Source: Candidatus Bathyarchaeota archaeon | Lineage (GTDB): Archaea > Thermoproteota > Bathyarchaeia > TCS64 | Direction of reading: 5' to 3' | Assembly: GCA_963769425.1 (NCBI GenBank) | Contig: CAVYLP010000006.1 | Location: 576,001-640,000 of the forward strand | DNA length: 64,000 nucleotides | Part shown: in pieces, positions 29,127-38,272 of the stretch | Numbering within the stretch: position 1 is the stretch's first letter | Layout of the letters: every line of letters starts with the position of its first letter | Program-made: the position numbers and the translations under genes | The notes under the pieces: model-generated | What the model was told of the DNA's origin: nothing | The model's input: only the letters and a program-made list of their open reading frames with translations | The model's database searches: none

Positions 29127-30814
29127 GCCTCCAGGAGCGCGTCCTTCAGCCCCGCGCCCGGCGGGACTATCGGGTACACGTTCTCCTCCGGGTCAATCGG
29201 GACATCGATGACGGTCGAGACATCGCTCTTGATGGCGCGCCTGACGGCTGCTTGGAAGGATTCGAGGGTGTCGACTCTAACCCCCTCAGCGCCGTACGCC
29301 TCGGCGAGCTTCACCATGTCGGGGTTCCCCTTGAGCTTCACCGCGGAGTAGCGGTGGTCGAAGAAGAGGCGCTGCCACTGTGCGACCATGCCGAGCATGT
29401 GATTGTTCAACACTACCACCACGACCGGAAGCTCCTCCTCTACGCTCGTCGCCATACTGTTCTCCGTCATGCCGAAGCTACCGTCCCCCGCTATATCGAC
29501 GACGGGTACGTCTGGCCTCGCGGCTTTAACGCCAATAGCGGCTGGGAAGCCCCAGCCCATCGTGCCGAGGCCTCCACTAGTGAAGAATGTCCTCGGGTCG
29601 TAGGCGTCGTAATGCAGAGCGGCCCACATCTGACACTGCCCAACCTCAGTTGTGACAATCGCCTCCCGCGGGAGAGTGCTTCGAAGCGCCTTGATAACGT
29701 CTGGTGCCCTTAGGTAACCCTCATTGTGCCCATTACCGTTCGGGTTAACCTGACAACGGAACTCAGCCACCTTCTTGCTCCACTGAGAGCCCACCTCCCC
29801 GCCCGCGCGGAGCTTACTCACGTTATAGAGGAGGCCGCGGAGGCCGAGGGCGGCGTCCCCGACGACGCGGGTCACGGTTTCGACGTTTTTGTCTATCTCG
29901 CTCCTGTCGATGTCGAGGTGGATGATCTTCGCATTTGGCGCGAAGCTCTTCACAGCGCCCGTCGTCCTGTCACTTAGGCGCGCCCCAACGATGAGTAGTA
30001 CATCCGCCTCGGGGACGAGGTTGTTCGCCGCCTGTGTTCCGTGCATCCCGCATAAGCCGAGGCTGAGCGGGTGGTCTGCAGGGAAGGAGCCCTTGCCCAT
30101 GAGTGTGGTCGCCGTAGGCGCCATGAGATACTCGCTGAGGGCGACGAGCTCGCGTGTCGCGCCAGAGTTAATCACACCGCCACCAGCGACCACGACGGGT
30201 CTCTGCGCCTTCGCGAGGAGCGTCGCAGCCCACTCAACCTCGCGTGGATCTGGCTGATAGTTAGGGTGGTACCCCCTGAGCTTAACGGTCTCCGGGAAGC
30301 TGATGTCCTCCACGTCGGTCGTGACATCCTTGGGGAGATCCACGAGGACGGCTCCCCTCCTCCCCGACGAGGCGATCTGGAAAGCGGCCTTAACCGCCCT
30401 CGGTATCTCCGATGCCTTCCTCACCTGCATGTTATACTTAGTCACGGAGGCGCTACACCCGATGATGTCGACTTCCTGGAAAGCATCAGTACCGATCGTG
30501 GCGCGTGTAACCTGTCCAGTGAAGGCGACGACGGCGCTGGAGTCGATGTGAGCTGTAGCCACACCGGTGACGAGGTTCGTTGCCCCCGGGCCCGAGGTCG
30601 CGAGACATACACCGACGCCGCCTGTGGCCCTTGCGTAGCCATCAGCCATGTGCGCAGCCCCCTGCTCATGCCGGGCCAGAATGAACCTGAAGTCACCATT
30701 TAGTATCTCGTCGCAGAGCGGGATGACGACACCGCCAGGGAGCCCGAAGACGTGCTTGACGCCCTCCATCTCGAGGGACTTGACGAATGCCTTAGTACCA
30801 GCCATCTCAACCAA
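29123..30814 (-). CDS. ilvB: Acetolactate synthase large subunit (copy 1)
   Basis: RHEQGAAHMADGYAR, TSGPGATN, TSGGLGTMG, GDGSF, LGMVAQWQ; TTG start at 30814 inferred from GGAGG plus 9 nt and alignment to copy 2. Confidence 0.95.
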   Translation of the reverse strand: MVEMAGTKAFVKSLEMEGVKHVFGLPGGVVIPLCDEILNGDFRFILARHEQGAAHMADGYARATGGVGVCLATSGPGATNLVTGVATAHIDSSAVVAFTGQVTRATIGTDAFQEVDIIGCSASVTKYNMQVRKASEIPRAVKAAFQIASSGRRGAVLVDLPKDVTTDVEDISFPETVKLRGYHPNYQPDPREVEWAATLLAKAQRPVVVAGGGVINSGATRELVALSEYLMAPTATTLMGKGSFPADHPLSLGLCGMHGTQAANNLVPEADVLLIVGARLSDRTTGAVKSFAPNAKIIHLDIDRSEIDKNVETVTRVVGDAALGLRGLLYNVSKLRAGGEVGSQWSKKVAEFRCQVNPNGNGHNEGYLRAPDVIKALRSTLPREAIVTTEVGQCQMWAALHYDAYDPRTFFTSGGLGTMGWGFPAAIGVKAARPDVPVVDIAGDGSFGMTENSMATSVEEELPVVVVVLNNHMLGMVAQWQRLFFDHRYSAVKLKGNPDMVKLAEAYGAEGVRVDTLESFQAAVRRAIKSDVSTVIDVPIDPEENVYPIVPPGAGLKDALLEA

Positions 30815-30912
30815 ACGCGGACGCCTCCAAAGAGTTGAATCGTGGACCAAGCAACGATGCTAAGTCCTTTGAGGAACTCACTATAAACTGACTAGACTTA
30901 ACTGGGGCAGAG

Positions 30913-30936
30913 CTACCGAATAAAGCGATACCCCAT
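30913..30936 (-). CDS. Leader mini-ORF 2 of ilvB copy 1 (MGYRFIR*)
   Basis: ATG directly follows the TAG of mini-ORF 1; GGAGG 9 nt upstream; positional homolog at 52784. Confidence 0.55.
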   Translation of the reverse strand: MGYRFIR

Positions 30937-30981
30937 CTACGCCACCCTCCACTCGGCGGCCATGATAAAGCGATACCCCAT
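30937..30981 (-). CDS. Leader mini-ORF 1 of ilvB copy 1 (MGYRFIMAAEWRVA*)
   Basis: GGAG 9 nt upstream; 14 codons, same length and N-terminus as the homolog at 52739. Confidence 0.55.
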   Translation of the reverse strand: MGYRFIMAAEWRVA

Positions 30982-31025
30982 GACACCAATCTCCAAACGG
31001 TATGTAGCCTGAAGAGTGATAGCAT

Positions 31026-31040
31026 CGAATAAAAGGTTTG
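31026..31040 (-). promoter_or_regulatory. BRE/TATA promoter of ilvB copy 1 (CAAACCTTTTATTCG)
   Basis: Near-identical to 52679-52694; both lie exactly 44 nt from the mini-ORF 1 ATG. Confidence 0.7.
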
Positions 31041-31125
31041 TGAAAGTAATTATAATACACACAATCAGCTCCCCACTACACTTAACACCCCAGAACGCCC
31101 GATAACAAACATAGAGGCGGAATAG

Positions 31126-32346
31126 ATGAGTAAGCTGACCTACCTAGAATGTTCGAAGTGCGGTGAACACTATGACGCCGATCAGGTCCAGACTGTCTGC
31201 AGGAAATGCGGCAAACCCCTCTTCGCGAGGTACGACCTCGAAGCCGCGAAGGAGACGATGACGAAGCGGGAGCTCGTCGGGAGGGTCTCCTCGATGTGGA
31301 GGTACAGGGAGATACTCCCCGTGAGGAAGAGCGAGAACGTGGTCACCCTAGGGGAGGGATGGACACCGCTCACGCCTACGTCGCGCCTCGGTGAGACTCT
31401 TGGCCTTTCCAACCTACTCGTCAAGGACGAGGGTATTATCCCCACAGGAAGCTTCAAGGCGAGGGGGCTATCGGCTGCCATCAGTAAGGCGAAGGAGCTC
31501 GGAATTAAGCGAGTCGCGCTCCCCTCCGCTGGAAACGCCGCTGGCGCAATGGCCGCCTACGGAGCGCGTGCTGGCCTCGAGGTCTATGTTTTCATGCCTG
31601 AGGATGCACCAAAGGTCAACGCCGTTGAGTCAGATGTCGTCGGCGCCAAAGTCGTCTACGTCAAGGGCCTCATAAGTGACGCGGGGAAGCTAGTCAAGGA
31701 TGGAATCCCTGAGATGGGTTGGTTCAGCGTCGCCACCCTCGGGGAGCCCTACAGGGTCGAGGGGAAGAAGACGATGGGCCTCGAGGTCGCGGAGCAGCTT
31801 GATTGGAAACTTCCAGACGTAATCATCTACCCCACCGGCGGGGGTACCGGTATAATCGGGATGTGGAAGGTCTTCGAGGAGTTGGAGGAGATGGGCTGGA
31901 TCGGGAGCGAACGTCCCCGAATGGTAAGCGTCCAAGCCGAGGGGTGCAGTCCCATAGTCAAGGCCTACAGGGAGGGGAAGGAGGAGAGTGAATTCTTCGA
32001 GAACGCCCAAACCGTCGCAGCGGGGCTCCGCGTCCCGAAGGCCCTCGGCGACTACCTCATCCTAAGAGCCGTGAGAGAGAGCAAGGGTACGGCAATCGCC
32101 GTCACAGACGACGAGTTGATCAACGACGTCCGCCTGATAAGCCGCCTTGAGGGCATCTTCGCCTGCCCCGAAGGCGCTGCAACCATCTCCGCTCTGAGGA
32201 AGATGGTTGAAGCGGGGGAGGTCGACCGTGATGAGCAAGTCGTTCTATTCAATACTGGTTCCGGGCTCAAGTACACCGACCTCTTCACGGTCAACGCGCC
32301 GGTCGCCGATCCCAAGAAGCCCTTCGATTACAAGAGCCTCAAGTAG
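31126..32346 (+). CDS. thrC: Threonine synthase
   Basis: N-terminal Zn ribbon, LGEGWTPL, PTGSFKARG PLP Lys, SAGNAA, EGKKT, YPTGGG. Confidence 0.9.
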   Translation: MSKLTYLECSKCGEHYDADQVQTVCRKCGKPLFARYDLEAAKETMTKRELVGRVSSMWRYREILPVRKSENVVTLGEGWTPLTPTSRLGETLGLSNLLVKDEGIIPTGSFKARGLSAAISKAKELGIKRVALPSAGNAAGAMAAYGARAGLEVYVFMPEDAPKVNAVESDVVGAKVVYVKGLISDAGKLVKDGIPEMGWFSVATLGEPYRVEGKKTMGLEVAEQLDWKLPDVIIYPTGGGTGIIGMWKVFEELEEMGWIGSERPRMVSVQAEGCSPIVKAYREGKEESEFFENAQTVAAGLRVPKALGDYLILRAVRESKGTAIAVTDDELINDVRLISRLEGIFACPEGAATISALRKMVEAGEVDRDEQVVLFNTGSGLKYTDLFTVNAPVADPKKPFDYKSLK

Positions 32347-32389
32347 CAAAACTTATCCCGATCAAGTAACACCCCTGACGCGATTCGCG

Positions 32390-33295
32390 ATGGCGTCAGC
32401 CTCGGCATTCGCCCCCGGACACCTAACGGGCCTATTCCAGATATGCGACCAGCCCAGCGACCCTTTGAAGAAGGGATCGAGGGGTTCCGGCGTGAGCCTC
32501 GACCTCGGAGTCCACACGAAGGTGACGACCGAGCCAGCGAAGGAAACGACTTGGTCAATCAAGATCAATGGAAAGACTACAGGCGAGGCCTTCGTCTCCG
32601 AGAACGTTCTGACGAAGTTCTCGAAGCTCATCAAGCCGCAGTTCATAACAGTCGAGCATGTGGTTGAGACTCCGATCGTCGCCGGCTTCGGTAGCAGTGG
32701 AGGGGGAGCACTCAGCCTAGCACTGGCTCTGAACGAGGCGGCTGGGACCGGGTTGACGAGGATCGAGGCTTCCCAGATAGCCCACGTCACGGAGATAGAG
32801 TGCAGGACGGGCCTCGGTAGTGTCTTCGCGTCGGAGCGCGGCGGCTTCGGGATACTCACAAAGCCCGGTGCCCCAGGCGTCGGCGAGGCTATCTCCTACC
32901 CGGACGCCGGGAGGCTCCGCGCTGTCTATGTCTACTTCGGCCCCATCCCCACAAAGGAGGCCCTCGCCAACCCCGGCCTCCGGGCCAAGATAAACGAGAT
33001 GGGCGGCAGGTTCGTCGACGAACTCACGAGAGACCCCACCCCGACGCGTTTCATGAGGTCGAGCCGCCAGTTCACTGAGCACGTAGGCCTCGTAACCCCG
33101 AAGCTGAGGAACCTATTCGACAAGATGGACATGGCGGGTTACACCTTCACGATGGCAATGTTCGGTGAGGTGGCGTTCAGCGTCATGAAGAGGGCGAGGG
33201 CCGAGGAGGCGGCGACGTTCATCGAGTCCTCCTTCCCTGGCTACGAGGCTGTCGTCGTCGGAATCGACGACAAGGGCGCAAGTATAACGTCTTGA
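32390..33295 (+). CDS. Pantoate kinase (GHMP family)
   Basis: AFAPGHLTGLF, GSRGSG, GFGSSGGGAL, AH.TEI...TGLG, MAMFGE. Confidence 0.85.
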   Translation: MASASAFAPGHLTGLFQICDQPSDPLKKGSRGSGVSLDLGVHTKVTTEPAKETTWSIKINGKTTGEAFVSENVLTKFSKLIKPQFITVEHVVETPIVAGFGSSGGGALSLALALNEAAGTGLTRIEASQIAHVTEIECRTGLGSVFASERGGFGILTKPGAPGVGEAISYPDAGRLRAVYVYFGPIPTKEALANPGLRAKINEMGGRFVDELTRDPTPTRFMRSSRQFTEHVGLVTPKLRNLFDKMDMAGYTFTMAMFGEVAFSVMKRARAEEAATFIESSFPGYEAVVVGIDDKGASITS

Positions 33296-33317
33296 AGCTC
33301 TGAGAAAAATAGACGTT

Positions 33318-33596
33318 TTACAGGTGAGGTTCTTCGTTTGGGAGCTGTACAGGTATGAGATGCTCCGTAACGTAGTGCGTCATCTGTGGGGGGCGTGGTA
33401 CCTTCGCTGTCATCTCCATGAAGTGGTCGTAGCTGCGGGCGTCAAATAGCCAGCAGTAGTTCCACTTCTGGTTCATCGAACCGTGGATCCCCATGTACTG
33501 GACGCCGGTCTCCTCGCACGCCTTCTGCATACGCTTATCGTGCTCCTTCAGCTCCTTCCTGCTCCCGGCCCAGTCGAAGTAGAGGAGAATCTTCAT
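33318..33596 (-). CDS. Small hypothetical protein (dimeric alpha-beta-barrel-like)
   Basis: 92-aa ORF with typical codon use; TATA upstream on the minus strand. Confidence 0.65.
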   Translation of the reverse strand: MKILLYFDWAGSRKELKEHDKRMQKACEETGVQYMGIHGSMNQKWNYCWLFDARSYDHFMEMTAKVPRPPQMTHYVTEHLIPVQLPNEEPHL

Positions 33597-33726
33597 GATG
33601 TTCTCCCGTAAGCGTTTGCCATTACTCTTATATTGTTATCGTTTATCGGCGCTCAAGGGGCCCCGAGGTCATCATCAAAACGATTATTACCAGCCGGGGG
33701 ACCCTTCAATTCTCGAAGTGAAGATT

Positions 33727-34890
33727 ATGTATAACGCAGATGTTCTAAACTCGGCTACTATCGAGGGAATGCTCGCGGCGCCAGGCATAAAGTGGCACCG
33801 CGACCCCCCGGACGTCATCGGCATGTGGCTCGCCGACCCCGACTTCCCAACTGCACCCATGATTAAAAAGGCGCTAATCAACGCCGTGCAGGACGAGGAC
33901 CTGCTCTACAACACCGACGACAAGGCAAGGCAGGCAATGTCTGACAGGGTCAATAGGAAGAACGGCTTCAAGACTACCAAGGACGACATCTACGTCACGC
34001 AGGGGGTCATCCCCGCGATGTGGCTCGCCATACAGAACAGCGGGGCAAAGCTAGGGGACGAGATCGTCGTCACCGACCCCATGTACTACCCATTCTTCAC
34101 CGCCGTCGAGGCCTGCCAGATGAAGCCCACCTACTGGAAGCTTGACGAGGAGGACGGCTACAAGTTCCACATCGAGCGCCTCAAGCAGCTGGTGAATAAG
34201 AAGACCAAGCTCATCTTCGTCTGCAACCCCCACAACCCGAGTGGGCGCGTGATGACGAAGGAGGAACTCAAGGCAATTGCGGACATCGCAGTCGACAACA
34301 AGATCAACGTAATGGTCGACGAGCTCTGGGACGACATAGTCTTCGACGGTCACAAGCACGTCAGCCTTGCCACTCTGAGCCCTGAGGTCGCCGACCTCAC
34401 AGTCACAAGCTGGGGCATAAGCAAGACGTGGGGCCTCCCCGGCCTCCAGTGCGGATACCTCACAGCGACGCCCAAGACGATGGAGGGGCTCAAGAAGCAC
34501 GCGAAGGGTGTGCTACGTGGGTCCTCGACCCTCAGCCTCGACGCCGCGGTCGCCGCCCTCGACAGACACGGAGAGTACTGGATCAAGGACATCATCGCGC
34601 ACCTCACGAAGATCAGGGGCATCGCCGACAAGAGGTTCAAGGAGATGGGCTGCGCTGTACCCGAGCTACAGGGCACCTACCTCATGTTCCCCAAGTTCAA
34701 CGTGAAGATGACCCACAAGGAGCTCGAGAAGCTCATGCAGGAGACGGCGAAGGTCGGCCTCGGAACGGGCACCGAGTTTGGCCCAGAGGGTGAGATGCAC
34801 ATGAGGATGACCATCGCGACGAGCGAGTCCATCCTCGGCGAGGCTCTCGACAGGATCGAGAAGGCCGTAAAATCCGTTAAGAAGAAGTAG
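33727..34890 (+). CDS. PLP-dependent MalY/PatB-type aminotransferase or C-S lyase
   Basis: MWLADPDF, CNPHNPSGRV, DELW.D, SKTWGLPG; T-tract terminator after the stop. Confidence 0.88.
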   Translation: MYNADVLNSATIEGMLAAPGIKWHRDPPDVIGMWLADPDFPTAPMIKKALINAVQDEDLLYNTDDKARQAMSDRVNRKNGFKTTKDDIYVTQGVIPAMWLAIQNSGAKLGDEIVVTDPMYYPFFTAVEACQMKPTYWKLDEEDGYKFHIERLKQLVNKKTKLIFVCNPHNPSGRVMTKEELKAIADIAVDNKINVMVDELWDDIVFDGHKHVSLATLSPEVADLTVTSWGISKTWGLPGLQCGYLTATPKTMEGLKKHAKGVLRGSSTLSLDAAVAALDRHGEYWIKDIIAHLTKIRGIADKRFKEMGCAVPELQGTYLMFPKFNVKMTHKELEKLMQETAKVGLGTGTEFGPEGEMHMRMTIATSESILGEALDRIEKAVKSVKKK

Positions 34891-34981
34891 AGCCGAAGAC
34901 CTGCTCTTTTTTTACTTTATAAACCCAAGTCATAACTGGGTTAAGTATTTCTAGAAAGTCGTAACGAGAAAACGGTTAGGG

Positions 34982-35314
34982 TTAGTTCTTCCCCGTGGCG
35001 TTCACTAGGCCCCTTAACTTTCTGCCCGACTTAGTGATGCCTCGGTCGGCCCTGCCCCTCTGGCCCTTGGAGGTCTGCTTCGGCGCTGGGACTTTGATCT
35101 CGTTCTCCTTGGCCGATGCAACGTACTCCTTGAGGATCTCGACGTTCTCCTCGTGGCTCGACTTCCTCCGGACGTCCACCGGGATGCCGAGAATCCTTGC
35201 CTCACCGGCGTTCAGGCCAACCGCCTGTATCTCGGCGAGGCTGAAGCCGCGACCCTCCCTGACGGTCTCGGTGCGGAATACCATTGGTGATATAATGTGA
35301 GATATTGAGGTCAC
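34982..35314 (-). CDS. rpl13e: 50S ribosomal protein L13e
   Basis: [15 protein letters not shown]...A..LGIPVD.RRKS.HEENV. Confidence 0.88.
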   Translation of the reverse strand: MTSISHIISPMVFRTETVREGRGFSLAEIQAVGLNAGEARILGIPVDVRRKSSHEENVEILKEYVASAKENEIKVPAPKQTSKGQRGRADRGITKSGRKLRGLVNATGKN

Positions 35315-35730
35315 CTGTAGCTCTTCTGCTTGCGCCTGCGTGCGCTTGGTCCACCGAACTTCTTTGGCTCCTTCCTGCGTGCGTCTCCGCTAAGCATGGT
35401 GCGGTCGTGCTCCAGAAATGTGCTCCTGAGCCTCTTGCTCTTCGTGTACTTAACGAGCCCTAGGGCTAAGCCCATGCGCGCCGCTTCAGCTTGGCCTAGT
35501 GGGCCGCCACCTGATACATCGATGTTTATGTCGACCTTGGTGGCGACGTCGCCTGAGATGAGGACGGGTTCCATGATCATCTCGCGTGCCATTAGAGGCT
35601 CGTGGTACTGCACTGGGACGTTGTTGATCCTGACCCTACCCTTGCCCTCCTCGACGGTCACGCGTGCCTTGGCGGTCTTGCGTTTACCGGTAGTGAGGGT
35701 CGGCTTCTTCTTCGCTACGGGTGCTGACAT
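35311..35730 (-). CDS. rps9: 30S ribosomal protein S9
   Basis: [36 protein letters not shown]. Confidence 0.97.
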   Translation of the reverse strand: MSAPVAKKKPTLTTGKRKTAKARVTVEEGKGRVRINNVPVQYHEPLMAREMIMEPVLISGDVATKVDINIDVSGGGPLGQAEAARMGLALGLVKYTKSKRLRSTFLEHDRTMLSGDARRKEPKKFGGPSARRRKQKSYR

Positions 35731-35731
35731 T

Positions 35732-36169
35732 TTACTCTACTCCCATCTTGTTCCAGCCGATACTCTCGGCCAGTTCGCCGACGGTTACGAACCTGTGGTT
35801 GAGGTTCTCGCTGTGGCAATCGGGCATCTTCTCCTTCTCCGCCTTCTCAAACTCATCGGGGACGCCGATGTGGACGTGGAGCCTCTTGTATGCGGCCTCG
35901 CCCTTTGGTATTCTATAGGGGAGCATCCCACGTACGGTCCTTCGGACGAGCTCGTGGGGTCTCCTGTGGTGGACCGGACCCTTGCCGAATCCGCCAACGT
36001 GTATAAACTCCTTCCACTGCTCGACCAACTTGACCTTGTTGCCGGATATGACGACGTTCTGCGCGTTAACTAGCACTATAGTTTCGCCGGCTAGAAGCCT
36101 CTTGGCGACGACGCTGGCCATTCTGCCAAGAATGAGGCCGTCGGCGTCTATGACTGTCCTTGTGCTCAT
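35732..36169 (-). CDS. rpl13: 50S ribosomal protein L13
   Basis: IDADGLILGRMASVVAK, RRTVRGMLP. Confidence 0.96.
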   Translation of the reverse strand: MSTRTVIDADGLILGRMASVVAKRLLAGETIVLVNAQNVVISGNKVKLVEQWKEFIHVGGFGKGPVHHRRPHELVRRTVRGMLPYRIPKGEAAYKRLHVHIGVPDEFEKAEKEKMPDCHSENLNHRFVTVGELAESIGWNKMGVE

Positions 36170-36307
36170 CGCTGATTCAACCTATTTCATCGGCTCGAAG
36201 TGCCTGATGCACCCAGCCTACATCACGTCTATAATTATAAAGGTTTTCCAAAGGCTGATGCTCGCGTCGGGGCGTGATGGTCGCGGTTAGGTGGGACAGA
36301 AACTCGG

Positions 36308-36556
36308 CTAGGTTGACCAAGTGTAGTTACTGAACTCTATTGAGTCTATTATCGTGGCGCCAAAGTCCTCGTCCCTGCACTCCTGGCTATACATGACGAA
36401 GCCGTCGAAGGCGAATATGTGGTTTTTCCCGCGCCTGTATATGACCCGGGGCTTGGCTATGTCGACGAGCTTTAGGAACTCCTCCATGCTGAATTTCAGC
36501 CTATAACTGCTGGCTGGGCTCTCTGATGCTACCATTTCGGCTTCCACGCCTTTCAC
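36308..36556 (-). CDS. Small hypothetical protein
   Basis: 82-aa ORF; resembles the C-terminal domain of the 43205-44545 product. Confidence 0.65.
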   Translation of the reverse strand: MKGVEAEMVASESPASSYRLKFSMEEFLKLVDIAKPRVIYRRGKNHIFAFDGFVMYSQECRDEDFGATIIDSIEFSNYTWST

Positions 36557-36611
36557 TTGAATCCCAATTGGCTTTCTGGGGTTTATGGTTTGGTGTCGTA
36601 GGCGCGCGAAT

Positions 36612-36720
36612 AACCGCTGAGTGAACGGGATATGATAGACTCTAGTAGATTGGGACGTTCACAGATGAACGCGATCCAACCCGGTGAAGGCAATCCCCCA
36701 CCTTAATTCACTCCGCGGTA
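36612..36720 (-). ncRNA. Candidate ~110-nt multi-stem non-coding RNA (family unknown)
   Basis: Terminal helix ACCGC.GAGUGAA/UUCACUC.GCGGU enclosing two G-U-rich hairpins; TTAAAT box about 20 nt upstream. Confidence 0.5.
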
Positions 36721-36765
36721 GACGGGCGTGGCTCGAATTTAAGCGTTAGAGGCCGAGGGCGGGGG

Positions 36766-37098
36766 TCACACTTCTAAGAATTCCTTTAGGGCGACGGCTT
36801 GATTATGCTCCGTGTCCTTCGCGCCGTATAGCAGGGTAACTGTACCCTTTCTATCCAGGGCGCGGAGGTCGGCCAGCACCGCCTCTTTCCCCTTCAGCTC
36901 CTCCCGGTACCGCTTCTTAAACTCCGCCCACTTCTCGGGCTCATGGCCGAACCACTTCCTCAGCTCGTTGCTTGGAGCGACATCTTTTAGCCAGTCATCT
37001 ATCCTCGCCGATTCTCGGCTTACGCCGCGTGGCCAGAGGCGGTCAACGAGCACCCGCCTCCCGTCTGAGGAGGAGGCCTCCTCGTAGATTCTCTTCAC
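36766..37098 (-). CDS. DUF488 (YeaO-like) protein
   Basis: KRIYE...DG.RVLVDRLWPRGV, APSNELRKWFGH, HNQAVAL. Confidence 0.92.
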   Translation of the reverse strand: MKRIYEEASSSDGRRVLVDRLWPRGVSRESARIDDWLKDVAPSNELRKWFGHEPEKWAEFKKRYREELKGKEAVLADLRALDRKGTVTLLYGAKDTEHNQAVALKEFLEV

Positions 37099-37155
37099 CT
37101 TGAACGTCGTTGGTCGGTTAATTGTTGCGGGAAAATTGTATATTAACAGAGGAGG

Positions 37156-38190
37156 CTAGGGGATGAACTCGACCTTGCAGCCGACGCGGCTCTTAGCGGT
37201 CTCGAAGGCCTCATCCGCTTTCTCGAGGGGGAGCCTGTGGGTGATCAGCTCCCTAACCTTGACGGCTCCGCTCTTGGCGAGGCTTATGGACTGGTCGAAG
37301 TTCTCGGGCTTCGCGTCGTAAGCCCCGCTCAAGGTCACCTCCCTGCGAACGACCTGGGTCATGGGGACCTCGACGGGGCGGCTGAAGATGCCTATTATTG
37401 TGACCTGGCCCCGCTTCTTCACTATCTGTGTGGCCTGCGCCACGGCTGGTGGCGCCCCGGTGGCAACGAAGGCTATGTCCGCGCCGCGTCCACCAGTCCT
37501 CTCCATCACGAGCTTCAACAGATCTTCCTTCTCAACGTTTACCGTCTCAAGCCCGAGCCCGCTGGCTATCTTAAAGCGCTCCGTGTCTACGTTGACGCCG
37601 GTCAATATCACTTCGGCGCCAGCGAGGTGGAAGAGCTGGGCGCTGAAGATGCCTATGGGGCCGCAGCCGTGGACGACGGCGAGGTCTCCGAGCCTGATGG
37701 TTGTGCAGTCCTTGACGAAGTGGAGGGCGTTGCTGAGTGGCTCGATGAGGGCGCCCTCCTCGAAGCTCAGCTCCCCGGGGAGGCGGTGGAGGAGCCGGTA
37801 GGGGACGGCGACGTACTCCGCCATGCCACCGTCGACGTGTATCCCAAAGAGGGTAGAGGCATCGCAGAGGTTCTCGTGCCCAGAGCGGCAGTAGACGCAG
37901 ATCCCACACGCCTTCACGGACTCGGCGATGACGCGGTCCCCGACGGCATAGCCCTTAACCTGCGGGCCGGTCTCCGCTATCCTCCCCGAGAACTCGTGGC
38001 CCATCACGACGGGGAGCCTCATCTTCGAGTAGGCGGGGGTGTAGTCGTAGATGCCGAGGTCGCTGCCGCAGATCGCTGCGGCCTTCACCTCTATTAGCAC
38101 CTCGTCCGCGGCTATCTTGGGCTTTGGGACCTCGGCGAACTCGACGCCGGGTTCCGGCTTTCGCTTGACGACTGCTCTCATGGATGGCAC
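37156..38190 (-). CDS. Zn-dependent medium-chain dehydrogenase (threonine/sorbitol dehydrogenase-like)
   Basis: ICGSD, GHEFSG, CG.C.YC.....NLC, GCGPIG. Confidence 0.9.
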   Translation of the reverse strand: MPSMRAVVKRKPEPGVEFAEVPKPKIAADEVLIEVKAAAICGSDLGIYDYTPAYSKMRLPVVMGHEFSGRIAETGPQVKGYAVGDRVIAESVKACGICVYCRSGHENLCDASTLFGIHVDGGMAEYVAVPYRLLHRLPGELSFEEGALIEPLSNALHFVKDCTTIRLGDLAVVHGCGPIGIFSAQLFHLAGAEVILTGVNVDTERFKIASGLGLETVNVEKEDLLKLVMERTGGRGADIAFVATGAPPAVAQATQIVKKRGQVTIIGIFSRPVEVPMTQVVRREVTLSGAYDAKPENFDQSISLAKSGAVKVRELITHRLPLEKADEAFETAKSRVGCKVEFIP

Positions 38191-38272
38191 CTTTACAGTG
38201 CTATGGTCGCCGGTCCCGGATTAAACGCTTCCCCGGCGGGCAATGCTCTAATTCACCCCCGGGTATCTCTCC

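Noticed and set aside
30807-31025. 72-aa 'WGIAL' ORF (and the 60-aa counterpart 52704-52886) as the primary leader peptide
   Set aside because: Their starts lie 0-10 nt from the TATA box, upstream of the expected TSS, and the conserved W/G residues coincide with the SD and ATG of the mini-ORF frame; kept only as an alternative
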